64,000 bases of DNA from Eukaryota sp. TZLM1-RC (taxonomy: Eukaryota > Protista > Metamonada: BaSk clade), in NCBI GenBank assembly GCA_040285825.1, contig JAUPSS010000007.1, forward strand, positions 396,501 through 460,500. The letters are read 5' to 3'. Of this stretch, positions 25,046 to 37,436 are shown in pieces (position 1 is the first letter of the stretch; each line of letters starts with the position of its first letter). Made by a program: the position numbers and the translations under genes. The notes under the pieces were generated by a model. That model was not told the DNA's origin, did no database searches, and saw only the letters and a list, made by a program, of their open reading frames with translations.

Positions 25046-26785
25046 CCAATTCTGTTTCTTCAAAGTTTCTACCGAAATATCTCCTACGTGTTGTAAATGT
25101 TAACATCTTAACATAAACTTCTTCAATAACTGCTCAAATATGGCTGTAAAATCATTAAAATTTAAAATTAAATAAAATTAAATGTAAAAATTATGTTAAA
25201 TTGATATTGAGTTGGTGTACCTCTGCACTGACATAGAATGTCGATACTTATGTGCCAAATTGAGGTAAATCTAAGAAAAACGGCTGCCACACAGTTAGGA
25301 GATCCATTGCACATTACTATGATCTAATCATGTAAAGCTTTTGGCTAATGTAATCAAGTGTCTTTTTTAGGGGTGTAAATTGAAACTAAACCAAAATCAA
25401 ACCAATAACGAAAAACCCACAAGAGAACAAGAGGTAAATGAAGGAGAAGGAAACTGGAAAAAAACATAGAGTTTAGACGGAGTAACAACAATTAGAACAG
25501 CTAGAGGATAAATCAAGCTGATGTTGATGACCACTAATAGAGATACAGTGGATAGGCATTTGATACAATTGTGGAAATTAGCAATCAATTTGAAATTGCA
25601 ATAAGCATGTCAGACATCGTGTCAGACAGCGAGATTATCATGACTCTTCCCATTCTTCTAACATCATGCAGCAGAAGGAGAACAAGGATTACGAGGTTAC
25701 GAACTCAGTTCCCTCCTCCTCTAACCTGTTCTTCAAAGAACAGCCGAGTACTTCTTCCCAAACTTCTCAGTCGGGAACAGTCATCCTGTTATACAGGAAT
25801 AAACGGAAAGTCAGAGCCTCGATTACTTATCGAAATCGTCGTTCTGATCCTTCCGTGGGGGTAGAGTACTGCACTTTTCTGAGTCATCATGTGAGTCATG
25901 ATAAGGGTGCTGTTGAATCAGCCATGGTGCTAATCACCTTAGATATGGGATGTTCTTCTTTGTGTTTTGTTTTGAATTGTTATTTTGATGTTATTGAGTT
26001 TGTTGTTTTTTGTTGCTCAGCTATTTGTACTGATGTTGCGAAATCGATGGGCGATAAAATATACTGAGGTAGATTACGACAGGAACCAAATGATAGCGTC
26101 TAACGAAATGACAATCGAAGATGCAAATACCGAAATGTGTGCGTTTGCTGTCAATTCAGCAACTTTTATAGATTTTTCCAACTTTGTGGTTGCCAAACTT
26201 CGGCAAGTTTGTTTGACAATTGACTTTTATAATCTTAACTTGTGGAGCATTCATAAAATGCAAGCTTTTATTCACAAACAAAAGACTGAAAGTTGGTTGT
26301 TAAAAAACCTTGTTCAGCAATTTGGCAATCCAAAAGACATTTAAATACTAATGGGTAATTATGGTAAAAAAGGTTCCAAGAATTTGAAACATGAGAGACC
26401 TACTAGAGGCATTGGATGGATTCAATTTCTGAAAGGAAATTGATTTGAAGTATTTATGATTAATGAAACTTTCACTTCAGCGAAATGTCCTGTTTGTTTT
26501 GAAAAGGTTGCTATGTTTTTGAGAGTAACAAGCCCCAGAATTTATAGAAGGAAAAAGACTCCTGTTACCACATGTCATGGTTTATTAGCTTGTAATAGTG
26601 AGAGTTGCAAACTCAGTAACAAAGGCTTAACAAAGCTTTTCAATAGAAATAAGCTGGCTTGTCTGAATATGTTTACAATTGCTGAAGCCAGAATGAGTGG
26701 TAATGAAAGGCCTCAGTATCTGTGTAGTAGATAGTTTTTGTAATTATTCCACACGAAAAAAAGATCGTGTATTTATGGGAATTTC
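25046..26785 (+). mobile_element. 1740-bp Fanzor-carrying insertion with 7-bp TSD CCATAAC
   Basis: Absent from the right arm. CCATAAC at 25039-25045 and 26786-26792. Removing it restores colinearity with the reverse complement of 45715-45757. Confidence 0.72.
26060..26734 (+). pseudogene. Fanzor1-type C-terminal remnant (family 2)
   Basis: KQKTESWLLKNLVQQFG..ILMGNY..PTRGIGW..INETFTSAKCPVC...CHGLLAC...C..LFNRNKLACLNM...RPQYL. In-frame stops; RuvC-III Asp replaced by Asn. Confidence 0.85.
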
Positions 26786-27178
26786 CCATAACAAATAAAT
26801 AAGTGTCCTTCTTAGACTAATTTGCAGGGATTGAACTTTTGAGAAGTGGAAGATTTGATTCTTATTAACCTTCACTCTCTGTAGGTATTTCGGTCAATCT
26901 CCACCATTTATATAAGCTTCCAGCACTGCCAACATGTTCAGTAAACTATTTCAATCTCTACTCCACAATCTTTCGTATGATTTACACATGGTAAGCCCCT
27001 GACGAATAGACATGTCATGTCTCTCTTGGCCTAGAATTTTTGCACCATCGGAATTATTCCACTGTTTTCTCCGTTTTCTTACAGTTGAAATGACCACAAC
27101 TGGTTCGAAACTCATCAATCAGGAAGACCCTATAACCAGCTTTTTTAAATAGGATGCTCTACCCTTGTTCTTTGGTAA
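26786..27178 (-). pseudogene. Fanzor1-type 3' remnant (family 3), inverted copy of 45320-45739; not in the ORF track
   Basis: Reverse complement aligns to LFKKAGY.VFLIDEF.TS...IR.GLT.CKS.ERLW.RD...LNMLAV and to the noncoding tail (23/25 match AAGGACACTTATTT..TTGTTATGG). Confidence 0.88.
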
Positions 27179-27499
27179 CTTTTTTAGTTTTCAAGGAAGT
27201 AATAGAGGGATCCGGTCATTAATGAAAAGCGAAGTAATTCGTGCAACTTTGTTTCTCATTGCAGAAATTTCGTCTTCAATATCAAATATTAATATAAAAT
27301 ATAATCATAAAAATATGAGTTTATTTTGTAAAGTGGTGCAAGATCAATAAAAATTTTCCCAATATTAATGAGCAAATGTTTCCTTCTTTGGAGTTGATTC
27401 AAATGGTAATAACTCATAATGATTGTTTATCAAGTTATCTTCTATCACCAGTGAAATTAAATAGTCAAGGTTTAACAAGTATAACAACCAAATATTCAT

Positions 27500-27660
27500 T
27501 TTTGATTAGTTGAACAGATTTAATTTAACGTTCAACTAATCATGAATGGTTATTTAGTTGATTTATCTTGTTTTCCATGTTGTATTCAATATCCAGCTGA
27601 TGGCTGGTTGAAGGATGTATTCAGTAATTTTTCAGATGGAGATAAACATCTTTTGTAGTA
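27500..27660 (+). pseudogene. 3' fragment of an RCC1-LRR family gene
   Basis: YLVDLSCFPCCIQYPADGWLKDVF matches the family C-terminus LVELSCFPWWIQYP. Sits at the mirror position of copy 4. Confidence 0.7.
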
Positions 27661-28057
27661 AATAAATATCTTTTGTTATCATATAATATATATAAATTTT
27701 TCAAGTGGTGATTGATGAGAATTTATGATTGGTGAACATCATTCAATTAACCAATTAAAATACTACCATTGGATGTTCATAGAATGATTTTCCGAAAGAC
27801 CTCAAAGTCAGAAACAAAACATATTGGGATGGTGATGCAGCTTTTGATAATGTTTGACCATAAAAATCGCTACCACTGTTTCCATTGTGTCAGTTTAAAG
27901 TCGTTTATAGAACACTACATTTTTCCAAAAAGTCACATAATCCATCGCAAAATCCAACAATAAATCTTGCAATTTACAGATTCAAAAATTTTACCAGACT
28001 TGGCTTTTATGATGATCTTGATGATGATAAAGTCGATGTCAGTAACTGATACCATAA

Positions 28058-30954
28058 GAAAATATTTATTGAGGTGTAAAAATGTAGAAAAGGAACAACA
28101 ACAATCAGCTGAAAAGAACTGAACTAAGGAATTTAAAACATAAATATAAAACTACAAACCAGAAAACATGGAAAACTAAATAACATACAACAAAAGCCAT
28201 GTACTTAGGATTAGTTGGGGTTAGTTGGGGTTAACTCCATGAAAGGGCACTCTTGCTTGATTTTGCCAAGTCTCTCAATGTCTTGTTGCACAGTAACGAT
28301 CTGTTGTTTCAGGAGTTTTTCAGCTGCAAGAATGCCCTTTCTTTCAAGTGCCAGACCTTTCTTGAGAGCGTGAGTGTCTAAACTCCTTGTTTTAGGAAGA
28401 CTTGATGAATCTGAAGGAACAACAACACGAACGAAAGCCTCTCGAGGTGCTATGGCTACAGTGGGCTTGTCAGAAATATGTGAAAGACATGCAAAAACTA
28501 TGTCCAGAGAATCATTACACATGAAGTAAATACAGCAACGATGTCTGCTCTAGTGTTATACCGAGATTCTAACTAAGAAGAGACCTGTATGTATGTAAGA
28601 TAGGAGAAGTGATTATTGACATTTGGAACCTCCATTATTCTCCCCACCATTATGAAACATGCCACTTTCGAAGTCATTGTCAAGCTTTCACTGTACCTGG
28701 TAGTTTGGTATGCGGGGAGAGTAATCTTTAGTCCATCCGCTTGAATGTTCCCTTTGTCAGTCATTCATCTCTACTTTTTGGAATGTTTACACTTTTGATG
28801 GAAACCTCAGTGCTTGTTGACATCAGCTACAGAGTTTCTCATCTTTTTGTATAAATTGTATTTATTTAAGCCTTGCATTAACTTTATTACTTTCATATGT
28901 TGTTTTTCTTCATGAAATTGACATGATAAAATACCTGTTTGTGTAGTATTATCATAGCATCATTATATTGGTTCTTTTCACTGTAAGATAACAAAAGCCA
29001 AAATCAATAATACCATCATTGCAGCAAATACTAAAAGTGGAACTCTTTTAAATCCAAGTAATATTGGCTGAAAGCAAGGCAAGTCGAAACAAATTGAATT
29101 GATTATTTTTGATTTGTGAATTGTGTCTAAAACTAAATTTTTTCAAAACACAGTTGAAGATTACGTCATTACGTCATGACAAATCAGGATTTTTGTCATG
29201 GTTATATTTTCAAATTTTTACCAATTAATTTAGTACATGAAATTAATACACATAAACCAACTCCAAACTTTTTTGTAATTCAATTTGAATTATTCCATTT
29301 GAACAATAAAGTATTAACTTTCCAACACAATCTTTTTCCACTACGAGTCTTCCTGTTCCTTCAGAAATTTCGTTTCACAATACAAAAAGCAACTATCATT
29401 TATTTCTATAATATTATTTATGATTACTTTGCATTAAGGTATACTTTTATTGAATAAAATTTATGACAATGAAGAGACAATAATTGGCAAGGAGTGCGCA
29501 CCCCATCCACTCTGCTGTCATGACGTCACGACAAAATGGGTTTGAGTGTAATCTTCAACTATGATCCCAAACAGAAATTGATATCTTTACCACAGTCTAG
29601 TCCACAGTCACCCTTTTGTTCACTGGATATGTATCCAACTCGACTGTCTTTTATCCATCAACTCTTGCCAAAACGTGCACAGTTACTTGTTCTGAAGGTA
29701 TCCTTGAATCTGTGAAACATGCAGAAAATCTGTTATTCTTCTCTCCTCTTAATCCACAAATGATAATCCAAGACTCGACTTTTCTTCTTCTCTGATGGTG
29801 ATAGTGCATTCTTTCTACAGTCATAAATTCAGACTCTACTACTAATGCTATTCACCCCACGTTCAACAATGTTTTTGGGTTTCGCTCTGACTGCTTTTTT
29901 CGAATTGGTTACCTCCCTCAACGCCATGGTACTGGGAATTGAACCTGGGACTTTGATTTTTGTTGTTCCTCATTCTACTTCTTTTCTTTTCTTATTGCTT
30001 TTTTTCGTTTTCTGTTCTCTTGAATAATTTTCTGGCAATTTTTTTTGTCATTGTTCCAAATAATTTTTTCAATAATTTGCATTTCATTGTTGAATTCAAA
30101 TTTTTTTCAAAACTATAGATTATTTTTTCTTACTTTTTAATTGGATTTAATTATTTGAGAAGCAGCCTTTTCATCTACTCAATCGTTGATTCGATCATTC
30201 TTCACAGTTTGTTTTTCATTTTGCTTCGTTTACTTCTCTTACGTTACAGTAAATGTCAGTTTTCTCTTCACTGTTCGTTCTGTTTCATTGTTGCTACAGT
30301 TTAGAGTCTCCACCAAATATTGAGAGCAATTCTCTTTATTTAAAGTCTCCTATCATAAATACATAAACGACTGAGTAATCATCAATCATTCAGTTTTTAA
30401 CTGTTTGAGGTTGATTACGGTCAAGAAAGATCTGATTACATGTTTCCGTATAGTCGACATGTTTTTGGACCTTTATAGGTTATTTAGTTTTTGTTTCCGT
30501 AAATATGTTTTTACAAGTTGTCAGTCTTTTTAATTGAATTTTGAAGAAGAGACTCATAGTGAAAACACTTCCTTACAAAAACACAGACCCGACATAGACC
30601 CAGCACTGGAAAATTAACATGCTTTAAATCAAACAATAACCTTAATCTAATGGCATTAATTAACCTTAATCGATATATATTTAGTCATAACAGACTTACT
30701 ATCATACTGCCTCTGAGAAATTGAACCATTGTAATTGTTTTATCCAAATTTCACTTCACTTTATTGATTTAGATTGTTCATTCCAGATGAACAAAATCTT
30801 TGTATTTTTAGAACATGGAAAACATGTAAATGTTGAGTTCCTGTTTCAGTACATATACTGCACTATTTGCTTTAATCTGAAATAGAATAAGTTCAGCAGT
30901 TTTTCGGACATTGAAGAGCCGCTCATGATCAGCTAGTCACTAACCATTGGTGAT
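28058..30954. repeat. Left inner arm (~2.9 kb) of the inverted duplication (partner 37437-40338)
   Basis: Continuous reverse-complement match; ORFs 29845-30027 and 38370-38552 translate identically. Confidence 0.93.
29149..29563. mobile_element. MITE-like element (~415 bp)
   Basis: 16-bp TIR CACAGTTGAAGATTAC / GTAATCTTCAACTATG (1 mismatch), subterminal TGACGTCA-type palindromes, AT-rich noncoding core. No TSD visible. Confidence 0.55.
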
Positions 30955-31049
30955 TTTTGGAGGACGTAATGATTATCATTCATCATGGTCGTTTGATACA
31001 CACTGTCCAAGAAGGTTTTTGATTTAAACCTTTTAATTTTACAATCAGA

Positions 31050-31659
31050 TAGATTGTAACACGTGTGCAAATTTTGACAACAAGTATTTAAACGCAAAGG
31101 TTAAACCAAACTTCAATAATTCACATTCTGCCACAACATCAGATGGGGGTTCTTCCTGTATTACTAGGTACCACTGTTCATGGAAGTCTTGGATTTCAAA
31201 ATGCACGCCAAATATCACTGGTCGTTTGTATTAACATGTTTGGATATGTGACCTCACATACGAAAGAAGGTCACTTCAGCAGATAAGATTTTGTTGGCTT
31301 CTTAAAAGACTTAATCAGAAATGGTGTAACGTATCGATTTCCAGGTCCACGCTCTGTTCTGATATTAGATGGCTGTCGAATTCATAGGTCACCTGAAATT
31401 CTTGCAGTTGTAAGTAAAACAGGTATTTAATACATTCTTTTGCCCCATACTCCCCAGAATGTAATCCTATCGAGAGTTTTTTTCTATCTTAAGAAGACGA
31501 GTTCGAAACGAAGCTAAGCTTTATCCTGACGTGCCTGCTACCGAAATTGTTTTTTCTTGTCTTGAGATTTTACGTAACTATAACTGTACCTCGCTCTTTA
31601 ATCACTCTGGTTACGTTGAACAACGAAACTACAAGTCTCCTTATTTGCACAGTGAATGA
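31050..31659 (+). pseudogene. IS630/Tc1-type DD34E transposase remnant 1 (not in the ORF track)
   Basis: QISLVVCIN...SVLILDGCRIH...YILLP(P)YSPECNPIESFF...YKSPYLHSE*. There are 34 residues between D and E after repairing one frameshift. Confidence 0.88.
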
Positions 31660-31738
31660 TTGAAAAAATATATGTCAACTGATTAATGATTTCTAAAATT
31701 TATAATGAAATTTTTATCGTTTATTAATTTTTGAAAAA

Positions 31739-32762
31739 CTAAAGTTTCGCATGAGGATCACTAACATTTCTACAGCTGTCAAACATGAGCTCTGCATCAG
31801 CATTAAGCTGTGTGGAAACCGGAGCTGAGTTCAACATTGATCGAACAAAATTACTAATTTCAGCATAATATTTTGTTTTCAAAGCTTCTCTGAAGGAATT
31901 GACCTCTTTTTGGAGCTGTGTTTCTTTTCTTTTGATAAATTGTACGATTTGGTCATCGAGCATTGAGACTTCTTCAATATCGTATTTGGGACTCTTCAAC
32001 AATTTGAATCTGAGCACACTTTCAGCCACATGAGAGAGATCAGCAATTTTATTGCTTTCATTAAGCATTTTGAACTCAACCCAACCTTGAGTCGACAGGC
32101 TCAGTGTACTGTACATGCTCTGAAGACTTTCAATACTAATCACTCGCAAATTTTGTTGTCGTTGAGCTTCTAGTTGCTAGTTGTATAGCGTCTTGGTAAT
32201 ATCTGGACAAACTTTTATAATAGTGTTTTTTCCGGCTCTTAACTAACCTCGAAGAGCTGAGTCTGAAATTGGCTTCCAATTTTTGCTGGTTAATTGTGCT
32301 TTTGATGTTGCAAGTAGGGTGTTCTGGTTCCAAAGAGGGGTTTTTAGTTTTGGCTGTAGATTCAAAATGTTCTGCAATAAACTCAATAAGACCTAAAGCA
32401 GTAATGTGTGGTAAGTAGATTGGCTTCTTTAAAGAATATTCACTGACGGCTTCGTCGTCTCGAAAATAAAAAGTCAAGAGTTCATCAGGAAAGAATTTGG
32501 CTGCACCTTTGTACGGAGCATAACAAAGGTTGAAACTAGCAACGCTAAATCCTGCTTGATCAATCCAGGAAAAGTTGAGTGAATTGGGGAAAAGCTGGAT
32601 GGAATTGTCCTCTTAACAAGAAGTAACATCAGAATCCATTTCATCAAAAGAGAGACATCTGCGTTTGGTGGGAGGTACACTGTCTTCAAGATGTGTTGAC
32701 ATGCCGTTGGTATATGACAGAGGAGTCTCTTGTCCAAAGTAGTCGTCGAAGTAATTAGACAT
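31739..32762 (-). pseudogene. Unknown transposase-linked ORF-X, copy 1 (frameshifted, ~340 aa)
   Basis: Pieces 32474-32737, 32136-32477 and 31739-32149 align across frames with 34676-35632. Confidence 0.7.
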
Positions 32763-32861
32763 AAGAACTGTTTATTTGATTTGAAAGAAGGTTACGAAAA
32801 ACTACTAATAGGGGGATTTGTAGGGGGAATTCGCCTTAAGTGAATTTCACAAAAGGGTCCC

Positions 32862-33661
32862 GTGATTTCCAAAACCTTCTTTACTGACTCTTTGAAAAAG
32901 GTCATTTACGTGTCCTTCAATTACATAAAAGGTGGTCAAACCTTTGTGGGCAATAATGTAGAAGTCTTTGTTCACCCTAAAAAAGACCTACTGGATGTTT
33001 CTGTCTTCTTTGACTATTTTGCAAATCTATACTTTGAGGATTGTCAACGAAACAGGAAGCCTCAAGTGTCCGAAAGTGAACTTCAGTCTCAAGTAGACTG
33101 CAGCAAATGCGGATTTTAAGCAAAACCTCACTAGTTCTTTGCTTGAGCTGTATTTTGGTGACTCTGAGGCTGATCCTACTGTCTTTCTCCAGCTAGCTCC
33201 AAGAACCCGGAACAGAGCTGAATTCAACCGAATGTGCCAAGAGTATGACAAGCAAGAAGCCCGATCAATTGCTCTTGAAGAATTAAAAGAAGCCAACGCT
33301 GATATTCTGGCCCCACATGTTGCATGGAAAACCTGGCTTTTATGAGTCTGGAAAAGCAGACCTCTGCACTATTCCATACTCACTCGGAAAACTCTTCACG
33401 ACAAAAGAGGTCTGACCTGTGGCTGAGATGTCCGAAGACCATATTCTTGCTAAAAATGCAGCATCATTTGTTGTCGGAAGATTGACTGCATTGGACATGA
33501 AGCGTCAAGCCTCTGAAATGTTGGAAAGAGCTTTGCTTCTAGAAGAAATTGAGGGTTATGTTCTGGCTGGTAGACATAGAACTTCCAGTCAGGCGTCATT
33601 CTCACAAGTTGCTCTCAAGAACTTTTCTAGTATTGAGAACGTCGTAGACAGTCATATTTGA
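32862..33661 (+). pseudogene. Unknown fragmented ORF-Y upstream of transposase 2
   Basis: Consecutive coding-like pieces 32862-33119, 33139-33345 and 33419-33661; no recognisable motif. Confidence 0.35.
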
Positions 33662-33710
33662 CATACAAATGTCTATTCTGGCGTAATTTTAAGGCACAAC
33701 ATTATTCAAG

Positions 33711-34515
33711 ATGAAAGAAAGAACAGATAAGGTCAGTAGGCAGCACATCAACTGTTGAGATGACACAGATACTTGAGAGTGTTGAGAACTATTCTGACTG
33801 CTGAGGACACTCGATCTCGAGTATGTGCTGCATTTTACTTCCAATTTCTTTCACACTCTGAGGTAGCACTTCTATTCGGAGCTCCGCAATCTTCTCTGTC
33901 ACGCTGGCTAAACCAAGCTATCAATCCTGATCTGTGGGGCCCATACAAACCCAAACGAACCCGCATTATAACCCAAAAGGAAATCATACGTTAGCTTGTT
34001 GACAAACATCCACAGCTTTTTTTATATCAAATGCAACAGAAGACTATGTGTCTATTTGGTAAATATGTTTCCCTCAGTACAATTCGAAGGTTGATGATCA
34101 ATGCTGGTTACACTCACAAAGTGGCAACCAAACTGGTCAAACACTGTAAAAGGAGGTTAATTGAAAATTTCGAAAACTTATTCACTAATCTAATAGGAAC
34201 TGTGGTTCATTCACAATTATTGCTCATTGACGAACTATCATTTAGGCAAGAACATTTTTGTCGTAAGACTGGTTGGGCACCTGAAGGTGAACCTGTTATT
34301 ATTCCAGTTAAGCAAATGAATGCAAAGCAAATCTCTTTGGTTGTGTTATTGATCAATGGGGTTATGTTACGGGTCATATGAAAGAAGGCCATTTTAACCG
34401 ATTCATTATGTCATCGCTCAAATCTTTACGCAAATACAATAGTTCTTCATTATTTGAGAGGGCAGGATGGGTTTATGGTGAGTGGTATAAATCACCCTAT
34501 TTGTCTAATACGTAA
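33711..34515 (+). pseudogene. IS630/Tc1-type transposase remnant 2, internally deleted
   Basis: HTH EVALLFGAPQSSLSRWL, VSLSTIRRLM..GYTHK, LLLIDELSF..RKTGWAPEG, QISLVV, terminal YKSPYLSNT*. Confidence 0.85.
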
Positions 34516-34675
34516 CTAGCAGTCTATGTCGAATTGAATTACCACATTTGTTGATGATATAAATACTGGTATGACTTACATTTAAATGGAATTTTTATGA
34601 TAATTTCAAACTAATGCTAGAACATATGCAGATCAGTTAAATTTGCTGCACAATTAAAAAGTATCTCCGCGTCTT

Positions 34676-35632
34676 CTAAAGTTCAGTTGGACAGGGAGGT
34701 GAAACAAGTAAAGAGCGAATAAATTCTGCAATTTCGATATCCATTTTCTTTAATAAAACCTTTTCATAATTGGCCAGATCTTCTTTCAATTGTATTCTTT
34801 TTTTACCAATAAATTGGATAATCTGTTCTTCAGTCTTAGTTTTAGCAGTGCTTTCTGACAAATCTTTGAGTAATTGAAACTTCAACACAGCAGCTGGCAC
34901 AACACTCAAATCATTTAGCTTATTATTTTCATAAAGAGTTTTAAACAACACCCATCCTTGAGTAGACAAAGCCAAATTGGGATGAAGTTGTTGTAGACTG
35001 TCAATGCTTATAGCACGAGCTATTTTCAACCTGTGCTTTTCTAAATCGAGTTCGTATTGAGACTTATCCATGTTGGGAAACACTTTGATCAAACAGTTAT
35101 TATCATCTTTCAGCCATTTTTGAAAGACTGAATCTGTTAGAAATTTCCAATTCTTAGTGGCGACTGTTCTTTTGGCTACGATTAACAAGTAAGTAGTAAA
35201 TAAGTATGTTTTGTTAACTTTAGCCTGTTCAACAAAATGGCTAGATTAAAACTTAACAAATTCATTGAGACGAACATCACTGTTGTTGAACCAAAACCCC
35301 ATTTCCTCTTCATAAAAATAAGAGGCAGAGGACTTATATTTTGCATAGCAAAATATCCACTTACGTTGTGTCCAGTTATCCATGTTGGACCAACTGAAAG
35401 AGTCAACATTTATAGAAGTGGATGTGTCTGGAACTGAAGAAGATGTTTCTTCCAATGTTTCTGCTTGTCTTGTTTCATAGGTGAGTTGCGTAGGAGGTAA
35501 AGAAGTGAAAGGAGTAAGCACTGGACTGGTCTGCATTGGTGATACATTATCATAAATACTCCAGTCAGTCTCGTTAAGGTCAGTATTGCATTTTTTTGTA
35601 GGTGTGGTGTAGTTTTCTGAAGGAAAAGACAT
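34676..35632 (-). pseudogene. Unknown transposase-linked ORF-X, copy 2
   Basis: LSTQGWVLFKTLYENNKLNDLSVV..VLKFQLLK versus LSTQGWVEFKMLNESNKIADLSHV..VLRFKLLK in copy 1. Confidence 0.7.
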
Positions 35633-35699
35633 GTATTTTGTAGAAAAAACAAAAAAGGGATGAAAGTAGGAATTGGAAGGGAAATTCATCTTAAGTAAA

Positions 35700-35950
35700 T
35701 CTCACAATTACACCATGTAGAAGCAACTCCAATAATTTCTGTAAAACGTAACTCAAACTGACAAATCAGCAACAGTTTAGCTTTCCTTACAAGAGTTTGA
35801 CACTTCTTGTAGGTATAGCCATGTCGTTTGAGAATGCAATGTACAGTTGTTATAGAGATACGTTTATTGAAATAAAAAATATTTAAGGATCTTGTCCAGC
35901 AGATCTCGTAGAGTTCGTTCACCAGAGCTTGACAAGCTGCTCAATATCTT
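35700..35950 (-). pseudogene. IS630/Tc1-type transposase remnant 3 (second HTH only)
   Basis: ISITTVHCILKRHGYTYKKCQTLVRKAKLLLICQFELRFTEIIG is homologous to remnant 2. Confidence 0.75.
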
Positions 35951-36559
35951 TTTCTCTTTTTTTATATCAATTAATTGCCAATTTATTGCAATAATTGCAA
36001 TTATTGATTGGTACGAATTTTGGTTGATCAATTAATTGCCAATAATTTTCAATTTTACACAGCCCTGTGCATAAAACTGCAATACCAACAAATCTATAAT
36101 AGATATTCTTGATGTTCCAATGATAGGTTATGCAATTCACCAATTCAACCTGGAGATTGAAGCATATCAAAAGTCACAGATGCTTCTTATCAAAAAGGTT
36201 GATAAAGTATTCGAGAGTAAAGTCCTGAGAGTGTTGGTTAAATCGAAGAGGACGAGCGTTCAATTTTAGTTGACGTTTCAAAAAATGAAACTGATCCTTT
36301 GCTTGATGGAATTGAAGTAGAGATTGAATATAGATGGCGGTTACTGTTAGAAATAAAAAAATATTGTTGATTGCGAGTTAATCAATCACAGTCTAAAATG
36401 TATTCTGACACCATTTGAAATCCAAAACTTCCATAAACAGTGGCACCTGGTCATACAGGAGAACCCCAAGAAGTAGACGTTGTAGAGTCAATCACTAATC
36501 AAGAGACTCTGTTGATGAAGGTAAGAGAGATGAATTCCAATATGTCTCCAGTTTAATTA

Positions 36560-36766
36560 ATGAGAATGCATGAAACGTTGAAACAAACACAATTCGAGGT
36601 TCTGGAGCACTATGCTGAACCTTCTTCTACCAGAGAACAGGACATTGATGCAAGAAGAATACAAAGAAGAACTCATAAATGTTCTATATGTGGAGCGTCT
36701 GGACACAATAGAAGGTTGCAGACGCAACAGATAGTGTGTATTTGGTATCAAGTTTATGTAGTATAG
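36560..36766 (+). pseudogene. Zinc-knuckle-containing fragment, probably from a transposon
   Basis: RRTHKCSICGASGHNRR (CxxCxxxGH). Confidence 0.5.
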
Positions 36767-37031
36767 ATAGATAAAATATTTTTGTACACTTATAGTAAAA
36801 CTGCTATTTTATAGCTAAAGATGTTGTTTCTCTGGTGGTTAACAGAAAAAATATCGAGATAAAATTATTCTCACTACAAAAATAGTCTGAGTGAAACTAA
36901 CTACTGTCACCGGAGTAAATTACTTTAATCTTACACAACAACAGATATGAAAGAAGTGAAATGGGTCTTTGACAATCCTTACATAAATTTACGTGATCAT
37001 ATAGTATTTCATAGTATGGGTAGTAACTTGG

Positions 37032-37358
37032 TTGATTAAAGCAATAGAAAAAGCCTCCACAATAATAACCCCATTGATTGTTGCCTCTACAGCCACGAAG
37101 TTGATGAATAACTCTGGCTATGGTTATTTATTGAAACGCAATGACAGACCAATTGAATTCACACCTTACTGGGCACATTCATTTTTGAAAAAACATATAC
37201 AATGGACTAGCAGAAAGCCTACCACTACCAGAATGTTGACACCTGCTGAAACCAAACATGCAGCAGTAGAAATAAGTGCAATTATGGATGCAGCAGAGGA
37301 GTATCACCCTCACCTTGTAGTGATGATGGACGAAACCATGGTACCCAGAATTAAGTAA
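37032..37358 (+). pseudogene. pogo/CENP-B-like transposase fragment
   Basis: FTPYWAHSFLKKH.W.SRKPTT (CENP-B HTH end) followed by YHPHLVVMMDET (first catalytic Asp); truncated there. Confidence 0.75.
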
Positions 37359-37436
37359 TCATTAGCGGCTCCTCAATGTCTAGCCGAAAAACTGTTATTA
37401 TGATTTATTATAATCTAGAGAATATCCGTATAAGCG

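Larger units (their letters stand above)
17161..27178. repeat. Left outer arm of a giant inverted duplication (partner 45320-54914)
   Basis: Reverse-complement match from CGTCCTGAAAA (17161) to TTTTCAGGACG (54914). Mirrored ORF pairs: 17954/53901, 19926/48483-50856, 22801/45731, and Fanzor 26786-27178/45320-45739. Confidence 0.92.

Noticed and set aside
28052-28057. CCATAA next to the inner-arm boundary (also at the rpiB start)
   Set aside because: A 6-mer is expected every few kb at this base composition.
28205-28236. (TTAGTTGGGG)n telomere-like repeat (mirror copy at ~40161-40190)
   Set aside because: Only about 2.5-3 units and internal; not enough to call a telomeric seed.
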